DNA of 62,144 bases, filler included, from Choristocarpus tenellus KU-1152 (taxonomy: Eukaryota > Protista > Phaeophyceae): assembly GCA_964200185.2 (NCBI GenBank). It is 11 parts of 11 records of this genome, joined end to end, with 100 filler letters (N's around TTAATTAATTAA, not from the genome) between each part and the next. Parts side by side here need not be neighbours in the genome. Positions count along the whole stretch, not along the records: positions 27,134 to 38,492 come from CAXNAD020002371.1; positions 38,593 to 44,407 come from CAXNAD020009687.1; 9 more parts are not named here. The stretch is one strand, 5' to 3'. The first letter of the stretch is position 1. Each line of letters begins with the position of its first letter. The notes beneath the pieces are model-generated. The model was not told the DNA's origin. It searched no databases and saw only the letters and a program-made list of their open reading frames with translations. Made by a program: the position numbers and the translations under genes. This document shows positions 27,346 to 40,202 of this stretch, in pieces.

Positions 27346-28029
27346 TCATTATTTTCTAGCCAATGAACAGTCTGGCCCTTTCACGTTTACCCCGTTTGAT
27401 GAATAGACCTGCCAATTTTTATTTTCCAGGTTGTTTTCATCATGATATCCGCAACAACACCTGCAACAGCATCATCTTACCTCAGATGAGTAATTGAATA
27501 TTGGGTGCGTTGGTGGTTACAGGCCAAGGTAGTTTGGTGTCGCGGATCAGGGCTCTTCTTCAAGAAAAAAGGGATTGTATCGTTTGGTAGGCTATTCTCC
27601 CAGTACCGGGGTATCAGAGGGAGGAGGGTGCCTCTGGAAATACTAGAATAGATTAGTGTTACCCACAAATCTGGTACTGGGTGTGAGGAATTTAATGCAT
27701 ATGTGCTACCCCCAGAAATCGTCTTTTTCAGGTGGCAGACTCTGGTCACCTTACAGATCTCTGTATCGTGAAGAGGACCATGGTGGGGGGATTTCGCTAC
27801 CATAGGTGCTCCATGTTGACCATATGCTATCCACCATCTAGACTTGGTTGTCCCTACATGGGCTGATCTGTCCCAGGTGTGCACGCCCTTTGCTTCCTAG
27901 TGCATCCTGGACGCAGAGTCTGGGGTAATAGTAGCTTTGACGGAAGTCTTCTGGGAAAACTGACACTGCATCATTGGGGGAGTGAGCCTCGCCCACCCAT
28001 TCCTTGCCCACACCTGTATTCCCATAACT

Positions 28030-28288
28030 GAGCCGAAGTATCTTAAAGGGTAGGGCCTCGTCCATTTGGGGTCCAAAATCCAATGTTGCGATTTTGATGT
28101 AATTTTGACTATCGTGTTTGTTGGGAAGTGTCAATATCCTTGTTCTGGACACACCTTTTCATGACTTATAAATTTTTCCTACTCTGAAACATTTTGGAGT
28201 AGGAAAATGTAATAAAATACACCATGGGAAGTCAACCCCCAAATGGACAAACAGGGCAAAACTCGTACCCCCTAAGATACTTTCACTC
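28030..28288 (+). mobile_element. 259-bp non-autonomous DNA transposon (MITE) with Sola2-like hallmarks
   Basis: Imperfect TIRs GAGCCGAAGTATCTTAAAGGGTA / TACCCCCTAAGATACTTTCACTC, perfect 4-bp TSD AACT (28026-28029 and 28289-28292), inner inverted repeat ccatttgggg/ccccaaatgg, and internal hairpin ttttcctactc..gagtaggaaaa. Confidence 0.88.
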
Positions 28289-29496
28289 AACTTCGGTCAT
28301 TCCCTTCAGAATAACATCCAGTGGGTTGCAGCACCTTTCCGCAAGGCGCTACACACGCACCATAGACCACGTACAGGTTTGAAACTGACCGTTGTAGTGC
28401 TACCCAGCATAGGTGATGTGTTGTATTGGGGAACAATATCTTCTGGGATGTCCGCAGACTGGATTTATAGCAGGTACTTTTCAGTCAGCAAATGTGTGGC
28501 CACATAACACAAGGATAGTATGAATGTTTGCCTTGCTCTCATGACCTCCCATTGTCCACCCCCATTGATCTTGATGGATGGTTCAGGATGGAAATGAGCA
28601 CGGTTACGGAGAAGGGGGCAAGGGGATGGGACCATGGGAAAGCATATGTGTTAAGGTAAACAAAATAGCGTCACCTTGTCATGCCACATAAGTGCGACTG
28701 TCGAAAACACGGCTGATGAAGTGGGGGAGCCTCTAGTGGGTGTCAGTGGTTCAACACAAGCCCCCATGCTGGAGCCACCACTGGAGTTCTCGATGGAGCA
28801 CCGAGTAGGAGATATATCAGTGTGCTACTACCCATATAGTACCTCTCCAGGAAACGTAAGAGGCTGGTATACCTCAGGGCGTATGGTTTCGTCAGCAGGA
28901 TAAGATCAAGATCCCTGTAGGTGTTTTTCTTGTTGCTCAGGGCCACGAACCTCCAGTCGGGGCAGAGCAAATGAGGGTGCTGAAGGTGGGGGCGGCACCT
29001 GTTAAGCCCAAACCCAATAACTATAACCCTGAACTGCCAGAACTGACTAAGTTATTTCATGGTGCTGCTTGTGATGATCCAGATGTTCATTTTCTAAAGG
29101 GCTTGGTTTATCGATGGGGAGTTTCCCCTTCAGTGGCGACCCAGAGTATGACAGGGATGCCTTTGGAGGTGACTGGAGAGGTCACCCTGCCATCATGAGC
29201 AATAGTTCAAGTGACACAACAAGCGACAAGAGCGGCTCTTGGAGATGTGGTCAAAGAACACTCAAATCTGGTCCTCAGTTTGAGGTAGATGTGGCAGTGT
29301 ATTTGCAGGAACTGCAATCCACCAAAGAGGAGTTGGATAAGGAGATTCTGGATTGTGTGAAGTACAACAAGCAACAGGAATAGGAAGCAGCGTAATGCAT
29401 GGAGCAGGTGGAAGATACCGAAGTTTTCTCTTGGTGACTTTGACCTGGTATCACAGGTTCAGAAGAGGGGTAGCATAGAGTCAATGTGAACGAGAT

Positions 29497-30520
29497 GTAC
29501 CCAGAGTTGCATTTAACGGATAATTACAAATACGTGCAAATTATATATTTTTTGCAAATGTGTGTAGTATACTTTCTGAATCGTGTCGAAAATTTTAAAG
29601 AAATGGAGAAATCAACACTCTGAAGTCAAACTTGGCGCACCATCCATTGAAATATGGATGAATTGCAAAATAGTTCAATATTCTGACTCAAAATGCAAAA
29701 AACCCCAACCTATGTACCTCTCGTTTACTTTGACTCATACCAAAACTTGTTACCACTTGGGCTGGGCCGGGGCAGGCGGTTGCTACAGAGACCCCAAAAA
29801 TGTTGCAGGCACTTCACAAAATTTATTTTTGGAGGGGTGAGGGAGATACATGTATACTGATAACGTTTTTTGTGTAAAGAGTGAGCTGGACGTCATAATG
29901 GAGTTGACAAAACACCTCCAATATGTAAACAGTCAGGCAAGTTGGAAGTGACTGCCATCCTGGATGTGTCTTGGGCAGGGGCTTGGTACAAGATGTTCAT
30001 AGACTGGCTTGAATTTGAGGAGAGTGAGAGGACTTGGAAACATCTATACACAATGAAGTAGTTGAAGAAGGTGAAGCTGCATGCCAAAAAGCGTCAGGGT
30101 ATTCATCACCTAAAATAATACATGTCATATTTGAACCGAGTTGAACTGTCTTGTCCGTTTTGTTTTGGTTTGATGTTTGAGATGAGTCTTCCAATGTTTT
30201 ACATTGTATTCAGGTCATACTGGAGTTGAGAGCATTTTGTGAACATATTTTGGTTGAGTTTACACTTTCAGTGAAAGTACCCAGGGTTGCATTTTGAGGA
30301 TGCTGACCAATATGACTTTCCTTACAAATTCCTATAGGATCTTTTCTGAATTCTGCTGAAAAATCGTAAACAATGGAGAAATCAATGCTGTGAAGTCAAA
30401 CTTAGCACTTCATCCACTGAAATATGGGTGAATTGCATAAGATTGAAAAATTGACTTAAACTGCAAAACTTCCAAAACCTGGGTACCTCTCGCTTGCTTT
30501 GACTCTTTCCTACTTTTTTG
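29497..30520 (+). repeat. Two diverged direct copies (~29497-29750 and ~30277-30520) of a dispersed ~250-bp repeat; a further fragment near 61040
   Basis: Shared blocks gtacccag.gttgcattt, aatggagaaatcaa..ctgaagtcaaactt, catcca.tgaaatatgg.tgaattgca and gtacctctcg.tt.ctttgactc. Confidence 0.8.
29885..30060 (+). mobile_element. Chromoviral Ty3/Gypsy integrase C-terminal chromodomain remnant
   Basis: With one frameshift it reads ELDVIMELTKHLQY..GKLEVTAILDVSWAGAWYKMFIDWLEFEESERTWKHL, matching the chromodomain pattern EV.AI.D...Y...W.GF..SE.TWEP. Confidence 0.65.
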
Positions 30521-33372
30521 AATTGGTGGTATACTGCATTGGTTAGCTTCTTGGTCTCTTGTACTTGACTGATCTGAGACCACCCAAGCTCAATTTTGAT
30601 AAGCATACTGGGTTATCAAGCATATACTGCCAGCCTACCGCTGTGGGGAGAGTCCTTGCAGCAATACACCATCTATGATGGCTCATTGTATACATCTCCC
30701 TTAGTGACTCAATAATTTAAAACTGCACAACACCAAACTGCAGGTCAATATTTATTGTCAGAAGAGCTCTACGCAATTTGATGCAACATCACTAGGCCTT
30801 TGTTTGTTCCACCACAACCTAATAGTCATGGCAAAATACCCTCTCCTTTAGGACATTGTATTTGATAGTACCCATTGTAGGCAGTATCAAAATTTCCACT
30901 CCAGTGCACGAAGGTGGACTCGATTGAGGAGGGATATAGGGATATGGAAAGGGACCAAGTTTTTGGTGGTGACAATGAATACTTTGACAATTGAAGGATG
31001 GCAGAGAGAGAGACAGCAGGGCCATTCTTCCACCTCTTTATCTGCACTCACAGGGCCAATAACCAGGGAAAAATGTCTTTCTGACAGGGTCAAGAACGGT
31101 CCTTAATGTACCCCAGACCCTGTGCATTGAGCTCCACCTCATATCTGGCATAAACGATGGACAAACACGTTCATTATCCTTAAGTCATTGGGGTATTTGT
31201 TTTCTGGTGGTTTTGTACAGCTTCTGGAGTACACCTTGGTCAGCACCAATATTTCCTGACAAATATTGGTGTTGACATATTGCAAGGATGGATACAGAAC
31301 CCTTCAACAAGCAGGAGCATTTTTCAAGAGATGGGAGGGGGGAAGAGATTCGATTGAATTGATGCCATCGCCTATTTCCGGATCAAAGGGAAGCGCTTGA
31401 AACCTTGCTGACATACGAAAAATCCACGTAAGATTTTCTGTCAAGTAGACTCACTCGTTTTCCAGTCGGTGGTACAACTCCCTGAGACGTGCAGAGCGTC
31501 GGTTCCGAAGTTCCAGATTGATTAGTTGCATCTCTTGTCTGTTGGCATCTCTCTGCCGTCCTCGCTCCGCGTTTAACATCAGCTTCTCGGATTTGATCGC
31601 CCAGTGAGCCTACGGCTTATTTTCGGGGTTTAATCGTCGTAGTGATGCGAGCATGTGTTCGACTGTAATCCCAAACTGCTGTAGTTACTCGACTTCTTGA
31701 CCGTGATAAAATCGATGCACACAGCCTATCTACAACACACATCTACACATCACTTTCTTGAAAGACCGTACCTCAGCGGTTGCGATCATTTGTGCCTTGA
31801 CATCTTTACCATTCCTCAGCAGCTTGTGTACCATGTGATTTGGGAGGGGGAAAATTGATCGGATTAAGGGTTGCTTTCGGCAAGAAGACAAGGTTGGTTG
31901 ATAAGATGTACTTGGAATGTATTGCCCGTTTCCAGATACATTGGAAGAGGTATCTTGAACTCATTTACGAATTCACCCATAGATAGGTGTGAGGGTCATA
32001 AGCCTGGAGTATTGCAACGTTACTTATTTGCTCGATAACTTGCCAATAATTGAAGATTAACCTCTTCAACAAATTCTTCTGTTACGTTCATCAGCGAAGG
32101 ACATCCTACCTCTGCCTCTCTAGCTCGAGCTCGTTGGGATGACGCTCTTGCAGATGACATTGTTTTCCCACAGTGCTGTTATGCAATGTCTACAGTCCCC
32201 AACAAAGCAACAGCGAGAATGAGTTAGAACTCTCGATATCAACCTGGATCATAGACAGGAAAGCAACAATGTGATTGTACGACAAACTCAGTCGTTTCAT
32301 GAAGGTGTTCACAAATTTAATATTACAAGTAACAAAAAGACTGAATTAAAAAAGAAAGAGTAGTACAAATGAAATACATTATGGTATTCTGTCCAACAGC
32401 GATAAGAAAACCCACTACGAAAATCAGATTGTGCAAAGTGAAATTCACTATCAAAAGAAAAAAATACAAAAAACAACGCCACCCGAAGCCCGAAGGTGCA
32501 ATTTCAAACCGTCTTCAGCACGGTTAGCGCCCCGTGACGAAAGAGCAGTCTGCCGTAGCCCGTGTTAGCTTCCGTCTATTTTGACCCTTCCCTGGACATT
32601 CCTCAGTGGATTGAGCGATGGAGGTAGGTCTTTGTCCGAATGGTGCCGACTTCTATCGCTCTCACTGTCTGTGGGTAAAGCAAGTAAGTGGGGATGGAAG
32701 CACAGGCTGGGGAACGGATGTGACTGGTCGAACGGTTTCTAATGCATTGATTTTTGGAATGAACGAGGTCCGTATTTCGCAGGAACCGAAGCAGTTTGTT
32801 TGTTTAAGGCAGCACAGACAGTGGGCGATGAATTCTAGGTTAAAACAGGTTGAAGCATTGGTGCGAGGGTTGCCAGTACACTATTGACAACCTCTTGGTG
32901 TGGCATCGAAGTTTGGCTTGATACCTCATCGTGCATGGATGTCCTGTTCTGGCGAGGTAGTCCTAGCTCCTGCCCAACGATCGGGGTTTCGGCTGAGGCA
33001 GCGAAAGGGTGTGACGTGCTAGCAAACATAACACGCGCATCTCCCATGATACCCAAAGCATTGTGAGTCTTGTCCTTGTACAATGCAGCTTTTGTAGCAT
33101 TTTGGTTGGCTAAAGCAATTGCAAATTGGTAGCTTCGATTGGATAATTCCTCTATGAGATCATCAAACCATTGGGTGTTGCCCCTGGGGTCTTACCGAGA
33201 CCATAATGTTTTTCGCTTTGTTTCGAAGTAGAAATGAGAAATTTCATCACACTTGGTAAAAATGAAAAACACTACGAGTAGAATATGTGGCGATAGATAA
33301 AACTTTCTGATAATGAATTTCATTTTGCGCACTGTATAATTAGTAGTAGTACCTATGATATGGTGCAGTACA

Positions 33373-33420
<48 letters not shown>

Positions 33421-34397
33421 TAGTAGTAGTATTTATAGTAGTGAAGTGTGTGTACAGGAGGATGTATGTATGTAGGTTTCTTCACCAGGAACAGTAGTAT
33501 CATCAGCAGCAGTAGTGACCTTGCAATACATTAACTATCTCTGTAAATGATAGGTTCCATTATGGCAGTGTATTGCACAGTGCGAAAATGGAACTTTGTT
33601 AGACGAGAAGGTGAATGTGAGACTAAAATGAGGAAATGGCGAAACCAAGTTGTGAAGAAGGGAATTTCCAGGACAAGCAAAGGAACACTGTCAGGGTTAC
33701 ATTTCATGGATGTTGACAAATATGTACAAATTTCGGCATTTCGTACAATATGGGTAGGGAATTTTCTTAATACAGAAAGAAACTCACAACTCAATCTTAA
33801 TAGTATCCTATCTATACTTCCCAACTCTTCCGTCGTTCAAAAAACAGGAGTATATGCCCGTTTCTGATCTGTTTTAAGCCTGCTTGTTCATGTTTATCAT
33901 AGTCCAAAACTACCATGTTAGAGCTGTACTACTACTGTGAAATTGCTAACAACAATAAAGAGGAGTGGTTTTGACGATGTCTACCATAACACCACTCCAA
34001 CTTAGTTTCTTTTGTTCCCATCTTACACATAAAAGAAGTGACAGGTGTGACTGATGCTTTGATCGTTGCAGTAGTAGTAGATGATGCGTTACAAATAGGG
34101 AAAGGCTCAATTTACCCATAGTTAATCATTCTCTAAAAGAAAAACAATACATTATATGGAGGCTTTTCAAAGTCATAGGAACAGTAGCGAAACAAGGATT
34201 GAAAGAACGTGCCGTGTTGCCTGGTTAAGGAGGGGGTAACATGGTCCATGCTAAATAACTCTAAGGCTTCTCACCTGTATTGAATCTTCTTCTCCTGGCC
34301 GGTTGCCGCAGGGGGAGTCCATTGTCTTCATGCGGAAGGACAACGAATTGTCTGACTGGGGTCGTGCCTTCGCGCTGTGTGTCTCTTAAATTCAAAC

Positions 34398-36671
34398 ATG
34401 TCGAAACCCGGTCATATGACACCTCGTCGGGGAGGAGGTTCCAGGCGTTGGTTTCGATTGACTCACCTTACTTTCGCAATCCTGATCGTGGTTGCTTTTT
34501 CAACCCTCGTGCTACAGATCTTTGTGGTGACAGGACCTGAGAAGCAGAACGACGAACTTCTACCCCCTGAACCGATTATAGAGAGTAGGGGAGGTTCATC
34601 TAGTACTAAAGGTGTCTCTGGTACACCCCCACCCACTCCATCGATAACTATGGAACCATTCTTTGACCCTGATGCTGTTGTACCCCTGGAGAAGATTAGC
34701 ACTCCACGTTCGCCGTTTGGGTGGGGTGGGGACTGGGTGCATGAGTTGTCAGTGTTCGCTAACGTCATGTTCCGCGAGGGTGTACGGGGACTCCAGGAGG
34801 TAATTAGTCCACCATGGTGCCAGACATCGGAGAACCAAAGCCTGGTGGACTACATTCTCGAGAGGAGACAAAACGTTGACCCTTTGAATAGGGTGAGGAC
34901 GACGGAGATCGCCAAGTCCAGGCAGCGGACTCCCCCAATAAGCTTTCCTCTGCTCATCAAATATCACCCAGTCTGTCGAATTTAGATTTGGAGGTCTTGT
35001 CTCCACCATGGTAGATACCAACTCGTGAGTCTAGATAATTATGCCCCCCCCTCGCCCCCTCCTCTCAGGTGGCGGCCTGCGTGCGGACCAAGAACATGGC
35101 ACGGTACCTGCCAGAGTGGGTAGCCTACCACTGGGTTGCAGGGATTGACGAGTTCATGGTATACGATGACCACAGCACTGATGGCACCAGACAGGTGTAC
35201 CACGGATAGTGTAACATGTCGATAGATCGAATCGAGTATTTGGTACACCTGTCTCCATCTTCATCTTTTGTCGGAATCAACAACGTATTCCATGTTTTCT
35301 CCATTTCTAGGTGAAAACGTGGCACAATGTCAAGTCTGTCTCCTTCATGTAATCTGCTGAAGGTGTATTCGTATTTCTGCTTTATTGGGGTGGTGATATG
35401 ATGCAGACTCAACAGGTAGTAGTAGCATGCAGTGTGATATGTAGCAGAGACCTAGACCTCAGTGGGCAAATAGGTCGTAGGTGTTGAGCGACAGAGTCAC
35501 GCTCAATTCCGTGCTGCATGCCAGAGGACAGAGGGGTTGCAGATATTGAGGGAGAGAGTAGTTGAAAATTTAGCCTAGTCTTTCTCTTTGAAAGACTCTG
35601 ACCCAAGCCCTATCCTTATATCTATCCAGTAGAAGGTTATGTTTGCTGCAATATGTAATTAATAGGAGGGATTGAATGGTGTTCCTATTATGTCCTGGTG
35701 TGAACAGCTATATGTTCATACAGTATGGACAGTGGGCGAGGAAATAATGAGACATATATGATACGATACAGTACATATTAATTGCATTGTAAATTCTGTA
35801 CATTCTACCGTTGGAAAGGAACACGTTGAGGCAGGTTGGGATCTGTGCACAAGCAGAAGATTTGAAAGATGCTGCAACTTTATTCCTTCTAGTTTTGTGG
35901 CAATCCATGATGCAGGTGGTAGAGAGGCAATTTATTTTTTTCCGTGGCATTGGACTGACTGTGCAGCAGTCTTTCTTGTTCATCAGCTCATGTACACTGT
36001 GTGCTGAATTTTGCACACTTGCACAAACGTAGAAATATTTTTTAGAGGTATAGTAGAGTGATGGTTAGGACATGCTGCTCTCTCTGCATGGAGCCAAAGA
36101 GCTTTTGCATGTCCTGTTGTTTTTCTCTTGACATCCAGTTATTGTCTTTTTTTGGGGTATATATTGTAACATATATTGGACCCAAGAGTGCTCTAAACAC
36201 AGCGCTAACCTTAGATATTCTTTTATGTCCATGTTGTGATGCGCAAAACTCTGAAGGTCTTTTTTTCCATTATAGTATAATCAACATTATTATGTGCTTG
36301 AGTGGTTTGATCTGCACTTCACATGCCTCGTCTAGTGCCAAACATTACTGTTCTCAACCTGGTGCATGGACTATGGACCTTTTCTTCTGTGGTGTATTTC
36401 ATTTTCTTTGCATGTGAGAGAGCAGGTTTTGGAACCGTTTATACGTTCCGGAATTGTTCAGTATCAACTCCATGAGCAGCCCACGAGGGACAATCGATTG
36501 CGGCCCCTGAACAAGTGTGTGCAGTGGTACCAGGAACGGATGGCAGTGCATGAATATTCTGCTCCAAGGTGGCTGGTGCTGATCGATAGTGACGAGTACT
36601 TGATGAATCCCAATGTGTTGACCTCCCTGTCGGATGTGTTCAAGGCCTATTCTACAACATGCTGCATGCAG
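34398..36671 (+). CDS. Type II membrane glycosyltransferase, GT92 / GT2-like (3' partial)
   Basis: Exons 34398-34892, 35069-35194 and 36426-36671 in phase 0. N-terminal TM helix (LTFAILIVVAFSTLVLQIFVV), Pro/Ser stem, ACVRTKNMARYLPEWVAYHWVAGIDEFMVYDDHSTDGT and the DxD motif LIDSDEY. Confidence 0.88.
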
Positions 36672-38639
36672 GTGAAGCAGGGCGACAGAGCTGGGGGTTC
36701 ACGATGACTTTGGGGTCAGGGTTGGTGTTTAGGCGATCACTTCCTAAAATTAGCCTAGGGTTAGGGTGAGGATCTGTGTTTGTATCAATAGGATGACAGT
36801 GAGGGTTTATGTTGGGTTTGAAGCTCCCCTCCCTGCCATTACTATGATTTTTTCCACCATATTAAAACTGGAGACTGCTACAGCTCGTTTTTCAACAGGG
36901 TGGTTGGTGTTGATGATGTCTGTATTCAAGGCTAGGGTTATGGTTATGGGTGTTTGAGTTGGAAAGAGATTGTTCTGGTAGAGTGTATGCTGAGTCCCTT
37001 TTCCATGTGGAATTGTCAACCGTGCAATAATAATTGAATATTTTGTATGAGGAGAGATATTTGTTACCTAGTTTGTAACACTTTAATAATCGGGTCATTG
37101 GGGGGCTGGGCAGTAAGTAGATGATGAAGACCCTTCTTTTAGCGATTAGAATCAAAAATTGAAAATCCCATTGTTGAATACTTCCTACTTTAATTTAAAG
37201 GGGCTGAATGGTGAATAAACTAACCAGTTTGAATATTTATACCTCAAAGTATTTCATTGTCAGATGAATTGTGTTTGGATAGTGAATCCTAATGCTGTTT
37301 CACTCTGTTCAGCTTTGTCCTGTTACAGTAGTGTTTGTATGGGAAGGGTTAGAAATAGGATGAGGGTTCCTAATCCCATTCCTGGGGAAGGTATAGGGAA
37401 CATCAGTGCAGCTGGGCTGTCAGTGATTGTTGCCAAACGTCTGAGGCACATGTTGTATTAATATGTAAGCGTGTAATTGTATAATATATGCAGCATGCCA
37501 GGTCTCGTGTGCGCAGCATATTATTGTTTTTTGTTACTATTTTCTTTTTTTTGTTATTTTTGGTGTCGTTTTTTGTATTATTTTAATATTTTTTGTTATT
37601 TTTGACGATGTTTTTATTTTCTTGCATACAGGTAAACAACAAAGGTGCAACAACTATTGAGGTGGTTGAACTTTTACAATTAAAAAATGTAATATGTGCT
37701 GTATTGTTTTGTTACCAGGCAGACAGACAAACGGTGGCTGTCCAACCGTCAAGAGTGGCTCAACAGTTACTGTTGGTTTTGTTGTACATGCTCGTCATAG
37801 TACTATCAAACCCTGACTTGGATTACAAGATTGCTCGCTCTGCTTGTGTTCACTGGAGTTACGCTGCTGAACTCTACAACAAGCAAATTGGTTCAAATGT
37901 AGGGGTAGGGTTAGGGTTATTGTGGTATGTGACATATGTGCTGCGTGACAATTGTAAGCTCAGTCTGTGTTTTTTCATGCCGAGTTTGTACTTCCAATGG
38001 TAGTTGATATTGAAGTATGACACTCCAGATATATGGAAATGCTGATGTTGGAGTTGGTTGGGAAGGTGTTTCATACAAATTGTTCACAGACAGTAGGGAA
38101 AGAGAGGACTCTTGTCATACCACCCCTGGAAGGGTTGTTTGTACTGTATTTGAGGTTAGGGTTAGGGTTAGGGCAATGAATGCTCTTCAATAGAGAATGA
38201 GATCTGGATTGGAAGAGTGAAGTTGGAGAAGAGATCTTATGAAGCAGGATACGGCTCAAAAGGCAACATTCCATGAATATATCAACCTACATGTAAACAT
38301 AGGTGTACATAGCACTTGATGTGAAGTTCATGATAGTTTTAACTATGGTGAAAACAAAAAGAAAGACACGCACACACATACATATGTATATGCAAGTATG
38401 TATTTCCCCAGCAGGATTTATGTTTTTTTTTTTTTTCACCAGTTGACAAATTCGAAAGAGTGTGTAGTGCTTGCATGCACAAGAATATAAAANNNNNNNN
38501 NNNNNNNNNNNNNNNNNNNNNNNNNNNNNNNNNNNNTTAATTAATTAANNNNNNNNNNNNNNNNNNNNNNNNNNNNNNNNNNNNNNNNNNNNGTACAGTG
38601 ACGAAGTCTGTGGGGAAGCCTTGTCATGGCAGGCGTAGG

Positions 38640-39534
38640 GAGAACCAGAGTGGCCGGCCGAAGGGAAGGTTGGGGAAGAGAGCAGTGCAACTGCGTGCCA
38701 TTGTGCTCAGGTAACGCCTAAGCGAAAACTCGGGTATGGAATATCTTAGTTGTCGACAGTTGCAGCAGGCCCTGACTGTTTGGAACCTATGCAAGCCGGA
38801 GTGGCTTAAGGAAACGAGAAGGAAGGTGTTAGGGTTGAGGTGCAAGGGCTCTGAAGCCTGAAAGAAGGTCGAAAGGGCTCGCAAGGTGGAGGAGAAAGCG
38901 ATCGTAACAAAGGCAGCTGTGGAGACGTTTCGATACCACCAAATCCTTTACTTAGAAGAGGTCGCGAAGCAGGTGGAGGTAGCCGTCGATGAGGATGCCA
39001 GGGAAGAAGAGGAGGTGATACTGAGACTATTTGCACACCAATGGTTTGGTGTCTCCTACTTCTTGCAAGATGCTGTACATTAAATTTTGTTCCTGGCCTT
39101 AGGGTTGGATGTATAAAATTGATTTAGGTTTTCTTCCCGCCTGCATTCATTCGAGAAATCAACACAATTTTCAATCAACTCAAGGCTGTCCTCCCTCGCC
39201 CTTGCACCTTGATAAAATATCACCCACCCAGGAAACACGGATGACGCCCTTTTCCGGCGCTCAACGAGGAAATGCGATAGTAAAGGCTCTAACACTGCGA
39301 ATCCTGTACCTGTGTATGGACGATGGGAAAGACTGTCAAACGGCATTCGAGATGGCAGCAGGATATGCGATGGTTAGGTCGGAATCTGTGAGTAAATGGG
39401 AGAGAGACTTCCTAAATAAGGGCCACATCAAGGTGTCGGAGCAAGGATGCTATGAGAGGCGCTTCATTCTGGGCGTTGACGAGGACATCCTTGCCAAGGT
39501 CAAAGAGTGGGGTGCGCGAACACACAGGAAATAA
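38640..39534 (+). mobile_element. Degenerate N-terminal part of an IS630/Tc1-like DNA transposase
   Basis: VSKWERDFLNKGHIKVSEQGCYERRFILGVDEDILAKVKEW resembles the HTH-linker region of eukaryotic IS630/Tc1-like transposases. The frame is broken and no DDE core is seen. Confidence 0.45.
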
Positions 39535-40202
39535 GCATGGGGAGACTTTTTTCCACCCTAAACCTTATACTTCAATCAAGTCATAGTGCATCTGTCGCCA
39601 CTCTTGGTGACCTACAATCCAAGTTTGAAATCTCAATATAAGCGATCTTCACAAAAAAATATATCGTGAAAAAAAACGAAGATCGTGCTCTGCAGGGGTT
39701 TGTCACAGGTATCGCGAATATGCTTTTATTTTTTTATCCCATGTCTACATCAATAGTTATGATATGCAAGCTGAGATGGTGAACCTATTAGTATTTATTA
39801 TGATAGTATGATGGTTGTCTTACTATTTTGTGTAGATCGATGATATTTTATTATTATGCCCTTAGATTTATATTATCTCTATGTGTATAGTAATTTATTT
39901 TGTACCCAACATCGAATACTCCTCTTTCCACTTCTCTATCTGTGACAACAGTGTCACCCTACCCTGTCACACTCCCCAAACTGTGTTAGTGTACGTCTTT
40001 ATTTTTGTACAAGGAGGTTCGTGCTGAGTACGTTCGTAAGGTTTGTGCTGGTTGGTTGGTGGCGTATTACATGGTGGGTTGGGCTGTTTCATCTGGTTTC
40101 CTTCGAGGACATGTGAGTGCATTCTTGAAGTGTGGAAGTGGCTTTTGCCTTTGCCACAACTTCACCAATTAGATTGGCATGTGATATATATATATATATA
40201 TC

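Noticed and set aside
31300-33190. Possible degenerate gag-like coding remnants on the minus strand (also 28680-29480 and 61600-62100)
   Set aside because: Coding-like but with no diagnostic motif I can support.
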